Part shown: piece by piece, positions 50,988 through 60,619 of the stretch
How the letters are laid out: every line of letters begins with the position of its first letter
How positions within the stretch are numbered: position 1 is the stretch's first letter
The notes under the pieces: generated by a model
The model's database searches: none
Seen by the model: only the letters and a program-made list of their open reading frames with translations
Told to the model about the DNA's origin: nothing
Position numbers and translations under genes: made by a program
IMG/VR virus record: IMGVR_UViG_3300042566_002057
Location: 32,001 to 96,000 of that record
From: a virus
DNA length: 64,000 bases
Strand: one strand, 5' to 3'

Positions 50988-50989
50988 AA

Positions 50990-51070
50990 GCGAAAACACC
51001 GAGGAGCGAATTCGGTGTTTTCAATAGTTACCCGTCGAGGATATAACTACTCCGGTCCTAAGTCGGATTA
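50990..51070 (-). ncRNA. candidate small three-hairpin RNA
   Basis: GC-rich hairpins at 50992-51022, 51025-51049 and 51051-51067; minus-strand AATATATA at 51082-51089. Confidence 0.5.
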
Positions 51071-51148
51071 AATTTATAAATTATATATTAAACTTTACCC
51101 CTCATACTACATAAAAACAATGTAAATAATTTAACGAAATCAATTAAA

Positions 51149-51457
51149 ATGATTAAACACGAAATCAAAGTAGAACTGAATCAAACAGAATCACTTAAAT
51201 CAATTATCGAAAAGGCTTATTTTGACGAAGGTCAAATGGGTAAAATACTTGGTAAAAATCATTTCATCAAAATTGATGAATCAGATGATGTAAATTGGGC
51301 TATTTTTAATGGTCTTCATAATGTAACTGTAAAAGTAACAAATGAAGAAGTTATTGATGGTGCAATGAGATTTGTTATTGATGAGTCTGAAAATGAGTTA
51401 AGACTTTATCCTATTTCTATTTATTGCATCAAAGAAGAAAAATACATCTTCTACTAA
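51149..51457 (+). CDS. hypothetical protein
   Basis: 102-aa ORF. Confidence 0.6.
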   Translation: MIKHEIKVELNQTESLKSIIEKAYFDEGQMGKILGKNHFIKIDESDDVNWAIFNGLHNVTVKVTNEEVIDGAMRFVIDESENELRLYPISIYCIKEEKYIFY

Positions 51458-51473
51458 AAAATAATACAAATTT

Positions 51474-52490
51474 ATGAAATTTGACTGGAATGATATCTCA
51501 ATAGTGCCTGCGGTTTTGAGTAGTATTTCGTCTAGAAGTGAAATTAATCCACTTTATGATGGTAAACTACCTTTATTTACAGCTCCTATGGACAAAGTTG
51601 TTGATGAAACTAATATTAATCAATTTGTTGATAATAATATAAACGTTTGTTTACCAAGACACGTAAAATGGGAGACTATAAAAAATCCAGACTATTTCTA
51701 TTCTTATAGTTTAGATGAAATAATTGAGATTATTGATAATCACGGTGAGCTACCTAGGAGAATTCTTATAGATGTTGCTAATGGTCATATGGAGAAGTTG
51801 TTTAATACAGCTGCTTTAATCAAACAGTTTTTTGGTGATAAGATAGAATTAATGGTTGGTAATATTGCTAATCCAGAAACTTATAAAAGATACTGTCAAA
51901 TTGGAGTGGATTATGTAAGAGTTGGAATTGGTGGTGGATCGGCTTGTACAACATCAGCAAATGTTTCAATTCATTATCCAATGGCTTCTTTAATCAATGA
52001 GTGTGCTGATTGGAAACACGTTTATGACAAACCAACTAAAATTGTGGCTGATGGTGGATTTAGAAACTTCTCTGATATCATAAAAGCACTGGCACTTGGT
52101 GCAGACTATGTAATGTTAGGTGGTGTGTTTAATAAATGTTTAGAAAGTTGCGGAGATAACTTCTTCAAAGACTCAAATGGCATTTATCATGTTATTGACT
52201 CTGATAGAGCCAAAACTCATTTCGACGAAGATATTGATGTTTATAAATATTACAGAGGAATGTCTACAAAAGAAGTTCAGAAATCTTGGAATAAATCTCA
52301 ACTTAAAACCGGAGAAGGTATTACAAAGTACAATAAAGTAGAATATACATTAGAAGGTTGGTGTGAGAATTTTACAGATTATCTTAAATCAGCAATGTCT
52401 TATACTAACTGTAGAACTTTAGAAGAGTTTATTAACAATGTTCAGTTTGAGAAAATTACACCGATGGCTTTCAATAGGTTTAATAAGTAA
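51474..52490 (+). CDS. IMPDH/GMP reductase family protein
   Basis: TAPMD, IDVANGH, GIGGGSACTT, ADGG and YRGMST. Confidence 0.88.
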   Translation: MKFDWNDISIVPAVLSSISSRSEINPLYDGKLPLFTAPMDKVVDETNINQFVDNNINVCLPRHVKWETIKNPDYFYSYSLDEIIEIIDNHGELPRRILIDVANGHMEKLFNTAALIKQFFGDKIELMVGNIANPETYKRYCQIGVDYVRVGIGGGSACTTSANVSIHYPMASLINECADWKHVYDKPTKIVADGGFRNFSDIIKALALGADYVMLGGVFNKCLESCGDNFFKDSNGIYHVIDSDRAKTHFDEDIDVYKYYRGMSTKEVQKSWNKSQLKTGEGITKYNKVEYTLEGWCENFTDYLKSAMSYTNCRTLEEFINNVQFEKITPMAFNRFNK

Positions 52491-53291
52491 TTATTTCTTC
52501 ACCATAAAGAACCAACCAGAGGATGATTGACCTTTTACTTCTTCTTCTACTTGTTGAATTTCCTCTTTTCCCTGAGTCACTAAATCAGCTGCCTGTATTT
52601 TAACACCACCTGGTAGTGTAAAGTCATATCTTCCCACTAAGTTTCCTAACTGCATTTTAGAGTAACCAACTACATACTTAAAGAAAAGATCATCTCTGAA
52701 TAAGTTTTCAGCTGGTATGTTAGCATAAGCTTCCATTATAACATCATACTTAACGTTTGTAAGTATATGTAGTCTGTGATTTAGTTGATTGAATTGATAC
52801 TTAAGAGTATATTTATTTAACTGATTCAACATATCTGACATCGAATCTAATATGGTTTTGTAGACACCTAATTCACCAATCGTAGTAACATAAGATGATA
52901 AGTAAGGTTGGTTGGTAACACCTAAGTTCACTGATAAATTTGGTGTGTTGATACCTAATTGGAAAAGACTATCACCTCTTACTTCATATAAATAAATAAC
53001 TGATTGAATTTCACAAGGCACATTAACAAAATTATATTTGGTAAATTCCTCAGCAAAGAAAGCTTCTTTTCTAATTAAAAAATACATCTTCTGGACAGCG
53101 AATTGATATTGACGATAAAACCAAGGTAAAGCTCTGGTCTCAATAATTTGTCTGACACTTGCATCAGGTAAAGTCTTTGGAAGTGCACATTGAATTGTGA
53201 GCTCATTCTGTACGAAATCTATAAACTCTTCAATCGTGTAACCACCTTGATATGGTACATATTCATCACCGTAACCATTTATTGATGCCAT
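52491..53291 (-). CDS. putative neck protein (T4 gp13-like)
   Basis: C-terminal GRY..TLPGGVKI....L...GKEE pattern; TATATA upstream. Confidence 0.65.
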   Translation of the reverse strand: MASINGYGDEYVPYQGGYTIEEFIDFVQNELTIQCALPKTLPDASVRQIIETRALPWFYRQYQFAVQKMYFLIRKEAFFAEEFTKYNFVNVPCEIQSVIYLYEVRGDSLFQLGINTPNLSVNLGVTNQPYLSSYVTTIGELGVYKTILDSMSDMLNQLNKYTLKYQFNQLNHRLHILTNVKYDVIMEAYANIPAENLFRDDLFFKYVVGYSKMQLGNLVGRYDFTLPGGVKIQAADLVTQGKEEIQQVEEEVKGQSSSGWFFMVKK

Positions 53292-53357
53292 AAAATATTT
53301 TTAATTTTGTTTATATATTAATTTGGTGAATCTACTTATTATGACTATATTTGTAAT

Positions 53358-53537
53358 ATGAAAACAGGGATATTAAATATTGGAAAATTTACTAAAGAAG
53401 ATTCATTAAAAGCTTCTCGAAAAGCTTCTAGAGAAATGTCTCTTGAGAATTCCACTGGATGGATATCTACTCATAAAGCACATAAATCTATTAAAGATTA
53501 CACTAGAAAATCTAAACACAAAGTTTCTTACATCTAA
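53358..53537 (+). CDS. small basic protein (59 aa) with ArfA-reminiscent C-terminus
   Basis: ATG 53358 just after TATATTTG (53346-53353); ends [21 protein letters not shown]. Confidence 0.65.
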   Translation: MKTGILNIGKFTKEDSLKASRKASREMSLENSTGWISTHKAHKSIKDYTRKSKHKVSYI

Positions 53538-54283
53538 GATTGATAAGACTTTCTTATAAAGTATGACAGTGGAGTTTTTGTTAAAATTTCTTCTTCAGAT
53601 AGTTTTTCAGCTTCTCTATAAATTAAACTAGTAACCATTACAAAAGGTTGAAAGTCTTTAGTCAAATTTTTATAATTCTCATAAGGCTTTTCAATAAATT
53701 CTTTATATGATTCACCCCAAGATATTGGATATACTGTTTCTTTAGCATTCAGTATTAAATACTCAGATAAGTATCCAGAATGTTGAAACCTTATTTTCTG
53801 AAGAATATGCTCACCAATTTCGGTCCATTTAATTTTAGACTTACTTTCTAATAAAATTTCCATTTTATTTTTCCATTCTAACATCAGTCTTGTTGATGGT
53901 CTACTTGCAAAAACACCATTTATTAATATTGATGTTTTTTTTCTTGGTTCGTCAATTAAAAATCCTTCTTTTGTTTTTAATATATTAAATACTTCTGATA
54001 AATCTGACATAACAATAGTATCACTATCTAACCAAAGACCACCCCATTTACAAATTACCTGAACTCTTAACCAATCTGCTTGATGTGTTAAAGATAGTTT
54101 CCAAAAATAATCAGGAATACGATTAACATAATCCTTTATATTTTCGTGATTTATAAAATGAACGGTGTAATTTTTTCCACCAGCGGAATGATGGTAGATA
54201 AGAGCTCTTAAAAACTTTATTACTTTATATTCCTTACCTACCCAAAAAATAAAAACATTATTATCATTTGGATTCACCATCAC
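53534..54283 (-). CDS. GT32 / capsular polysaccharide synthesis-type glycosyltransferase
   Basis: HQADWLR...WGGLWLDSD. Confidence 0.8.
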   Translation of the reverse strand: MMVNPNDNNVFIFWVGKEYKVIKFLRALIYHHSAGGKNYTVHFINHENIKDYVNRIPDYFWKLSLTHQADWLRVQVICKWGGLWLDSDTIVMSDLSEVFNILKTKEGFLIDEPRKKTSILINGVFASRPSTRLMLEWKNKMEILLESKSKIKWTEIGEHILQKIRFQHSGYLSEYLILNAKETVYPISWGESYKEFIEKPYENYKNLTKDFQPFVMVTSLIYREAEKLSEEEILTKTPLSYFIRKSYQS

Positions 54284-55347
54284 AATTGAAAGTTCTTAGA
54301 TTCTTTAAGTTTTGTTAAAACTTCTTTTTCTTCACTATCTATTTTCTTAGGAATTCTAACAGATAGTTTTATAAAGAGGTCTCCGGTCCCATAAGTAATA
54401 TCTGGAACACCTTTACCAGTAACTCTTACTACTTGACCTGACTCAGTTCCAGGATCCACTGTTATTAAAATATCACCGTGTGGTGTTTTAACAGAAACTT
54501 GATTACCTAATATTGCATCTAAAACTGATATATCTTTTTCAACTACTAAATTAGCTCCTTCTCTTTTAAAGTAGAATTCTTTGATTTCCTCAATAACTAT
54601 ATGTAAGTCACCTGGACTACCATCTTTTATGTTATTACCATATCCATGCATTGTTAGATGCATATTATCTGAAACACCTTTTGGAACTTCAACCTCAACA
54701 ACTTGGTCTTTTAAAACTGTTCCATTTCCGTGACAAACTCCACAGATATTTTGTACTCTTTTACCAGCACCCTGACAATCAGGACAAGTGGTATTAGTTC
54801 TTATCTGTCCAAATGGTGTATTTTGTACTACTTGTCTTTGACCAGTTCCATTACAAGGTAAACAATCTTTTACTCCTGTACCACCAGCTCCGTTACAACT
54901 ATGACAACTATCTTGTCTTCTGTATCTAATTTTTTTAGTAGTTCCTTTTAGAATATCTTCAATGGTAACAGAAATTTTAAGTCTTAAATCCGAACCTTTT
55001 CTTCTTTGTTGTTGTCTTCTTCCACCACCGAATCCACTACCAAAAATATCACCAAATTGACTAAATATATCATCCATATTAAATCCGTGACCAAACTGTT
55101 CACCGAATGGATTACCACCACCGAATGGATTACCAGAACTTCCAAACCTATCGTAGTTTTGGCGTTTCTCACTATTAGATAGTGTATCATAAGCTTCAGC
55201 CGCTTCTTTAAATTTAGTCTCAGCTTCTGGATTGTCAGGGTTTTTATCTGGATGGTATTTCATAGCAGCTTTTCTGTAAGCTTTTTTGATATCATCTTCT
55301 GATGCTCCTTTGTCTACTCCAAGTACCTGATAATAATCTTTACTCAT
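54280..55347 (-). CDS. dnaJ: chaperone DnaJ
   Basis: HPD J-domain, G/F region, four CxxCxGxG repeats. Confidence 0.95.
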   Translation of the reverse strand: MSKDYYQVLGVDKGASEDDIKKAYRKAAMKYHPDKNPDNPEAETKFKEAAEAYDTLSNSEKRQNYDRFGSSGNPFGGGNPFGEQFGHGFNMDDIFSQFGDIFGSGFGGGRRQQQRRKGSDLRLKISVTIEDILKGTTKKIRYRRQDSCHSCNGAGGTGVKDCLPCNGTGQRQVVQNTPFGQIRTNTTCPDCQGAGKRVQNICGVCHGNGTVLKDQVVEVEVPKGVSDNMHLTMHGYGNNIKDGSPGDLHIVIEEIKEFYFKREGANLVVEKDISVLDAILGNQVSVKTPHGDILITVDPGTESGQVVRVTGKGVPDITYGTGDLFIKLSVRIPKKIDSEEKEVLTKLKESKNFQL

Positions 55348-55362
55348 AAGTTAATTTTATTT

Positions 55363-55677
55363 TTATGATAATAATTGTCTAATTTTTGATTCTCTATATA
55401 TCTGTGTAGGTGTTTCCGTCAATCGGATAACAACATATCTATTATAATCTATAATAAACTCATTGTTGTAGACTCTTGATTTTAAAATAGGTAACTCTTC
55501 TATTATTTCCTTAAAGATGTTGTTGGCATCCTCAAGTTTCCAATCTTTCATCTCAGTAAGTCTATTACAAAAATAATCCATACAAGGACTTGCGGTGTCG
55601 ATTACTTTTGATAAAAACAAATCTGACTTAAATGATTCAGGTGATGAATCTGATATTTCAACATACCAATCAATCAT
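55363..55677 (-). CDS. hypothetical protein with C-terminal RESKIRQLL motif
   Basis: 104-aa ORF. Confidence 0.6.
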   Translation of the reverse strand: MIDWYVEISDSSPESFKSDLFLSKVIDTASPCMDYFCNRLTEMKDWKLEDANNIFKEIIEELPILKSRVYNNEFIIDYNRYVVIRLTETPTQIYRESKIRQLLS

Positions 55678-56251
55678 TTATCAATTTTTTAATTTTTTTA
55701 TCTCTCTGAAATTTCTCAATGTCCTTATTTATATCACTAGCATCAAGTACTGATTTAACAATCTTAGCGATATAATTATCTACTATCAACTCTAAGGTTT
55801 GAGATGTTCTATCTAAGTACTCAAAAATATCTAAACAAGATTTGGATATTTTTATCATCTTTATGAAATAATCTATAAACTCATCAATATCAAAAGAAAG
55901 TTGATAAAGTTCAAGTCTAAGTGGATTATCTAAAAATAACGGTGGTGGTTGTACATATATTTTATTGAAGACTCTTCTAATTGATGGTAATATTAAATCA
56001 GATATATTATCTTCACCTTCATATAATTCACCAAGTAGTCCATCAACATTGAATAGTTGTGACTTTTTTACTATTACATAATCAAGTAATTCTAAAAATT
56101 CCATTTGATGTCTAGTCTCAATTCCTTTACTTAAAACCGTGAACAATTCTCTTTTGTAAAGTTCATCTTGAGCTATATCAAAAAATGAAATACTTTTAGA
56201 TTTACGCATTTCTACCCAATATAATTTTTGGATATCTGAAAGGTTTTCCAT
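55670..56251 (-). CDS. hypothetical protein with C-terminal RDKKIKKLI motif
   Basis: 193-aa ORF; true start may be at about 56209. Confidence 0.6.
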   Translation of the reverse strand: MENLSDIQKLYWVEMRKSKSISFFDIAQDELYKRELFTVLSKGIETRHQMEFLELLDYVIVKKSQLFNVDGLLGELYEGEDNISDLILPSIRRVFNKIYVQPPPLFLDNPLRLELYQLSFDIDEFIDYFIKMIKISKSCLDIFEYLDRTSQTLELIVDNYIAKIVKSVLDASDINKDIEKFQRDKKIKKLIND

Positions 56252-56690
56252 TTAGAGTATATCCTTTAGAAACAATATCAACTACTCTTTCTACTTCTGA
56301 TGGCATGATACTGATAACTTCGTGTAAATCCTCATCATATACTTCAGTTTGAATTTCTTCAATACCCTGTGACTTTAGAAAACTTTCTAATTTAGTTGAA
56401 ATTAGTTTTAGACCTTCACTAGCTTCTGGATTTTTTATAGACTTGATAGCAAAACAAAGGTCGTTATCCATATCTAAAATAGATGTTAACATCTTGACTT
56501 TAGTTGATACCATCAAATCTTCTTTATCTTTCTGAGTTCTTTTTTTATAATTATCAAACTCAGCATAAAGTCTTACATACTTTTCTTCTGATTCAGATAA
56601 CAATTTAGATAATTCTTCTAATCTATCAGAGTTATCAGAAACTTGATTTTCTTCTACCACGTTTTGTTCTTCTGTTTTGTTTTCTTTCAT
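56202..56690 (-). CDS. grpE: nucleotide exchange factor GrpE
   Basis: RLYAEFDNYKKR, HEVI and KGYTLNG..FR. Confidence 0.9.
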   Translation of the reverse strand: MKENKTEEQNVVEENQVSDNSDRLEELSKLLSESEEKYVRLYAEFDNYKKRTQKDKEDLMVSTKVKMLTSILDMDNDLCFAIKSIKNPEASEGLKLISTKLESFLKSQGIEEIQTEVYDEDLHEVISIMPSEVERVVDIVSKGYTLNGKPFRYPKIILGRNA

Positions 56691-56694
56691 AATA

Positions 56695-57180
56695 TTAATA
56701 ATTGAATTTTAATAATTTTTTAATTGTATTAGAGTTATAAAATTCATAAGTAACATTTTTATCTACAATCTTATGAATTTCTAATTTATCAACCTCAACT
56801 CGAATATCTTCAATATATTGAACGAGGTCTTTGAGAGCTTTTGTATAAGAAGTATTTGGTTCCCAATAGTCAGGAAATTTATCCAAAAATTTCTCAACAG
56901 CAGTATCAAAAGTCTTTTTTCTAACTAGTAATAGTTCTTTTTCTTTTGCTGATTTATTTGTAAGTAGTTCAACTAAATAGGTATTGAACTTGAAAATAAG
57001 ATTATCTGTTTCAATTACTTTTAGAAGTCCAATAACTAAAGCGTCTCTTTCTGTGAGTTCAACTTGACTGTTTTCTTTTAGAAGTTTCTCTGCTTCTTTG
57101 TCAGAACCTATAATGTAATAAACATAGTGATCCCACACACATCTACGTACTAAGTCTTCTGGTGTTAATAGAATTTGCAT
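56695..57180 (-). CDS. hypothetical protein
   Basis: 161-aa ORF leading the grpE-dnaJ operon. Confidence 0.65.
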   Translation of the reverse strand: MQILLTPEDLVRRCVWDHYVYYIIGSDKEAEKLLKENSQVELTERDALVIGLLKVIETDNLIFKFNTYLVELLTNKSAKEKELLLVRKKTFDTAVEKFLDKFPDYWEPNTSYTKALKDLVQYIEDIRVEVDKLEIHKIVDKNVTYEFYNSNTIKKLLKFNY

Positions 57181-57365
57181 TTGTTAAGTTTTTCTTTTTT
57201 ATATGTCTAAACTCATTCAAAGTTTAGGTAAATAATTTTGTGAATTGATATCACAAAAAAAATTTATGAAAAAATATCTAAAAGTTGTAATTTTTTGTAA
57301 AAATCTCAATATATATGATACTTTTATTTTATTGAAATAAGAGATATAAAATTAATATTAATGAA

Positions 57366-57581
57366 TTGAAAAACATCATTAACTCTGAAGTGGACACACC
57401 TGACGGAAAGGCCACAATCAAAGAACTTTACATTACCGAATTGGGTTATCTTATGGTAAAGCTTCACTATAAAAACCGCAGTGTTTATAAAAACTTTAAG
57501 ATAGGTAATATTGAAGATTTACTTAAAAACGAAAGTATATTATTGAAAGAGTGTTGGTCAGAAAAAATTGAGTTAGTTTAA
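57366..57581 (+). CDS. small hypothetical protein
   Basis: 71-aa ORF followed by a hairpin and T tract. Confidence 0.55.
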   Translation: MKNIINSEVDTPDGKATIKELYITELGYLMVKLHYKNRSVYKNFKIGNIEDLLKNESILLKECWSEKIELV

Positions 57582-57640
57582 TCTAACTCTTTTTTGTTTT
57601 AAATATTTTATTATATATTTGTAAAATCTAATTAAGTGAC

Positions 57641-57826
57641 ATGGAACTAAACGAAAAAATTGAGTTAAACAAACAAATAAGACAATATAAAGGAGATAAT
57701 TCTTTTGTTCTTTCTTTACAAAAACAACTTAAAACGAATAAGTTTTTAGAAAAAGTAGAAGTCGGAGGTCGTCAAGTAAAAATTTTAAGTGAGAAACAAT
57801 ATCAAGCGGCTAAGACTGCTTTCTAA
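57641..57826 (+). CDS. small hypothetical protein
   Basis: 61 aa after TATATTTG (57614-57621). Confidence 0.6.
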   Translation: MELNEKIELNKQIRQYKGDNSFVLSLQKQLKTNKFLEKVEVGGRQVKILSEKQYQAAKTAF

Positions 57827-57844
57827 ATACTATTGATACTTGTT

Positions 57845-58255
57845 TTAATTCAATATCACCGGGTCAAATATGAAAGCTACACCTTCTATCTTATTATTAT
57901 TGATAAACTCTTCATTATCTACATAGTTGATGAATTTATCATAACCACCTAAGCTCATAAATTCTTTAATTTTACTACTATATGGTCCATAAAAATGGAC
58001 ATGAATATTTGTTATCTCCCAATTATTTGAGCAAATGTAATCTTTTGCTCTTTCAAAATATTCCCTAACATCTGACCATTGGAATAAATTATCATTTGAT
58101 ACTTCTACACAAAACATATCAACTCCTTGTGGTCTCATATCAATATCAACTTGATAACCAGAATCTTCAAGTTCAAGAAACATATCTTTAACATCTAATT
58201 CTAAATCATGATTGTATACGTTCTCAAATAAAATATACGGTTTTAAATGTTTCAT
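57845..58255 (-). CDS. putative internal head protein (MKHLKPYILFE)
   Basis: Shared N-terminal motif. Confidence 0.6.
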   Translation of the reverse strand: MKHLKPYILFENVYNHDLELDVKDMFLELEDSGYQVDIDMRPQGVDMFCVEVSNDNLFQWSDVREYFERAKDYICSNNWEITNIHVHFYGPYSSKIKEFMSLGGYDKFINYVDNEEFINNNKIEGVAFIFDPVILN

Positions 58256-58842
58256 ATTTCATCAAATCTTTTTATCCTGAATATAGAACTTATGTTGTCA
58301 AGTTTAGCTTGTATATCACCTATTAATAATCGATGAATTCTATTAAACTGTCTGTTCTTCTGTATTTCTGTTAATATCTCAGATGTTTCTTGAAAATACT
58401 TATTTCTAAATCTTTCAGTAGCCGTAAAAGCATCAGATATATTTTGTAATCTATCTGCTAATTTTATGATAAGAGCATCATCTGACATATGAATCATTTT
58501 ATCGGTTAGATATTCTGTTTTACTACCATCATAACTATCATCAATTTCATCGCCATCTGATGTTAGTTCCCAAACTAAATTACCTACTCTTGTTCCAAAA
58601 AGTTCTTTCAGTTCAACTAATCCAACTTCTGGATCCTCATAACAATCTTCTAAAGTATCGTGTAGTAAAGCCGCGCAAAGTAAGTCTTCGTCAGTTGTGT
58701 ATTGTTTTACAATACCATTTACTTTAACAACATGTGCACCAAAGTAAGGTTTGTTTATGAATTTCCTTACCTGACCTTTATGTGCTTGTTTTGCGAAGTT
58801 CCAAGCTAGTTTTTCTTTTTCTGTAATTGGTCTATTTGCCAT
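58252..58842 (-). CDS. RelA/SpoT-type HD hydrolase (small alarmone hydrolase / Mesh1-like)
   Basis: AHKGQVRK...PY..H, AALLHDTLED and IKLADRLQN. Confidence 0.88.
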   Translation of the reverse strand: MANRPITEKEKLAWNFAKQAHKGQVRKFINKPYFGAHVVKVNGIVKQYTTDEDLLCAALLHDTLEDCYEDPEVGLVELKELFGTRVGNLVWELTSDGDEIDDSYDGSKTEYLTDKMIHMSDDALIIKLADRLQNISDAFTATERFRNKYFQETSEILTEIQKNRQFNRIHRLLIGDIQAKLDNISSIFRIKRFDEI

Positions 58843-58902
58843 ATCAACTATATATAAACTTTCATAAATATAAACAATATAAATAAAAAATAAAATTAAT
58901 AT

Positions 58903-59100
58903 ATGTCAAGAATTGATTATGATGTTGAAGAGGTAATGTCTGAAAGACCAAGTTACCGTTATGAGAACAAAGAATATCTTTTAGAAGTATTTATGAACCA
59001 ATTAGGAATCACTGAGCAGGATTTAGAAAATGATCCTTCTTGGATGAGAGCTAAAGTTAGAGAAATGAATATCGATAAAGTATTGGATACTCAAAACTAA
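58903..59100 (+). CDS. small hypothetical protein
   Basis: 65 aa; ends VREMNIDKVLD. Confidence 0.6.
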   Translation: MSRIDYDVEEVMSERPSYRYENKEYLLEVFMNQLGITEQDLENDPSWMRAKVREMNIDKVLDTQN

Positions 59101-59103
59101 TTA

Positions 59104-59239
59104 ATTAGTGTAGTGTAAATAGTCCTAGGTGACTGACCGGTATACAAATAGCACGTACTATTAGCCCTGGCAATAGAGGATACATCAAGCTTGTATCAGA
59201 TAGTAGGTTGAGGTAATAACCGTTAATCCTCACACAAAA
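59104..59239 (+). ncRNA. tRNA-like cloverleaf with expanded D, anticodon and T loops
   Basis: Stems GTGT/GCAC, TACTAT/ATAGTA and TGAGG/CCTCA in tRNA order and spacing; weak acceptor TTAGTG/CACAAA. Confidence 0.5.
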
Positions 59240-59242
59240 GTC

Positions 59243-59268
59243 AAACCTCACTTCGGTGAGGTTTTTTT
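59243..59268 (+). terminator. intrinsic terminator
   Basis: AAACCTCAC-TTCG-GTGAGGTTT-TTTT. Confidence 0.9.
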
Positions 59269-59323
59269 ATAAATAAATCTACAATCTAGTTGAAATTTAA
59301 GGTTTTTTTCTTATATTTGTATT

Positions 59324-59740
59324 ATGATAAACGAGACAAAAATTAAGCAGGTACAGGATAAAATCAAAGCAGCAATTGCTCAGATTGAAAAAGATGAAAA
59401 TGTTAAAATTGATTTTGGTTCAATTAGTTATACAAAAGCTTTTTATGGAGCTAAAATGACTGTTAAGACACTTGAAAAAACCGAAGCAGTTGTAGGTGTT
59501 TACGAAACAATTTGTAGACGACTTGGTTTCACACAAAATATCATTGGAATGCAATTTTATGGAACAAATGGTGTCTATGAAATTGTTGATATTAAAACAA
59601 AAAATAGAACTTATCCAGTTATTGCTAAATCAGTATCTTCTGGAAAACAATATAAATTTGCGGTAGAGCAAATCAAAAGATTAATCGGTGGTGATAAAAT
59701 TATCAATCGAACCGCAAATCTCGACAAATTAATCAAATAG
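59324..59740 (+). CDS. hypothetical early protein
   Basis: 138 aa after TATATTTG (59312-59319). Confidence 0.65.
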   Translation: MINETKIKQVQDKIKAAIAQIEKDENVKIDFGSISYTKAFYGAKMTVKTLEKTEAVVGVYETICRRLGFTQNIIGMQFYGTNGVYEIVDIKTKNRTYPVIAKSVSSGKQYKFAVEQIKRLIGGDKIINRTANLDKLIK

Positions 59741-60136
59741 ATGAACTTACATATAGACGATAAAGAATTTAACTTTTATGAATTTCCTGAAAAGATATCT
59801 CAATTAAAAAAGAAAAATAAAATTGATTTTGATATCTCAGTCTATATTTATGATAATCAAGTAAGACCAGTCAAAGATTTAGAATTTCTTAAAAATTTGA
59901 CTGAACTTCCTGATATAATACATGTTTCTAAATCTAAATATTATTATTGGGTTTTTACTGGATGTAAATTATTGGACATATCAGTAAATCAAGATAAAGG
60001 TTTTAGAGATTATAAAGACAGAGATATAGAAAAATTTGATGCCATAATTTCAATGTCTTATGTAGATGTTTATGGTTCTAATAATAAAAATTTAGTTGAT
60101 AGAGAAATTAAACTAAATCAACTTTTCGGAAATTAA
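59741..60136 (+). CDS. hypothetical protein with C-terminal REIKLNQLF motif
   Basis: 131-aa ORF. Confidence 0.6.
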   Translation: MNLHIDDKEFNFYEFPEKISQLKKKNKIDFDISVYIYDNQVRPVKDLEFLKNLTELPDIIHVSKSKYYYWVFTGCKLLDISVNQDKGFRDYKDRDIEKFDAIISMSYVDVYGSNNKNLVDREIKLNQLFGN

Positions 60137-60158
60137 AATAATAAAAATAAAATGAAAT

Positions 60159-60578
60159 ATGAAGAAGGTAGGTTTTACTTGTTCTTGTTTTGACCTTTTT
60201 CACGCTGGTCATATAATGATGTTAAAAGAAGCTAAGTCAATTTGTGATTATCTTATTGTTGGATTACAAACAGATCCTACAATTGATAGACCAGAAAAAA
60301 ATAAACCTATACAAAGTGTATTTGAGAGATTTGTTCAATTAGAATCTTGTAAATATGTTGATGAAGTAGTTGTTTATGCAACTGAAAAAGATTTACTTGA
60401 TATTCTACACTCTTATCCAATTAATGTTAGAGTTGTTGGTGATGAATACAAAGACAAAGATTTTACCGGTAAACATTTAGAACATATCGAAATTTATTAC
60501 AATTCAAGAAAACACTCTTTCTCAACAACAGAACTCAGAAAAAGAGTTATCGATAGATACAACAAAGATAATCAATAG
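60159..60578 (+). CDS. TagD-like cytidylyltransferase
   Basis: FDLFHAGH, LIVGLQTD and FSTTELR. Confidence 0.88.
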   Translation: MKKVGFTCSCFDLFHAGHIMMLKEAKSICDYLIVGLQTDPTIDRPEKNKPIQSVFERFVQLESCKYVDEVVVYATEKDLLDILHSYPINVRVVGDEYKDKDFTGKHLEHIEIYYNSRKHSFSTTELRKRVIDRYNKDNQ

Positions 60579-60619
60579 TCTTCTTTTATATATAAGTAAA
60601 TTTCCTTAAATTTGCTTTT

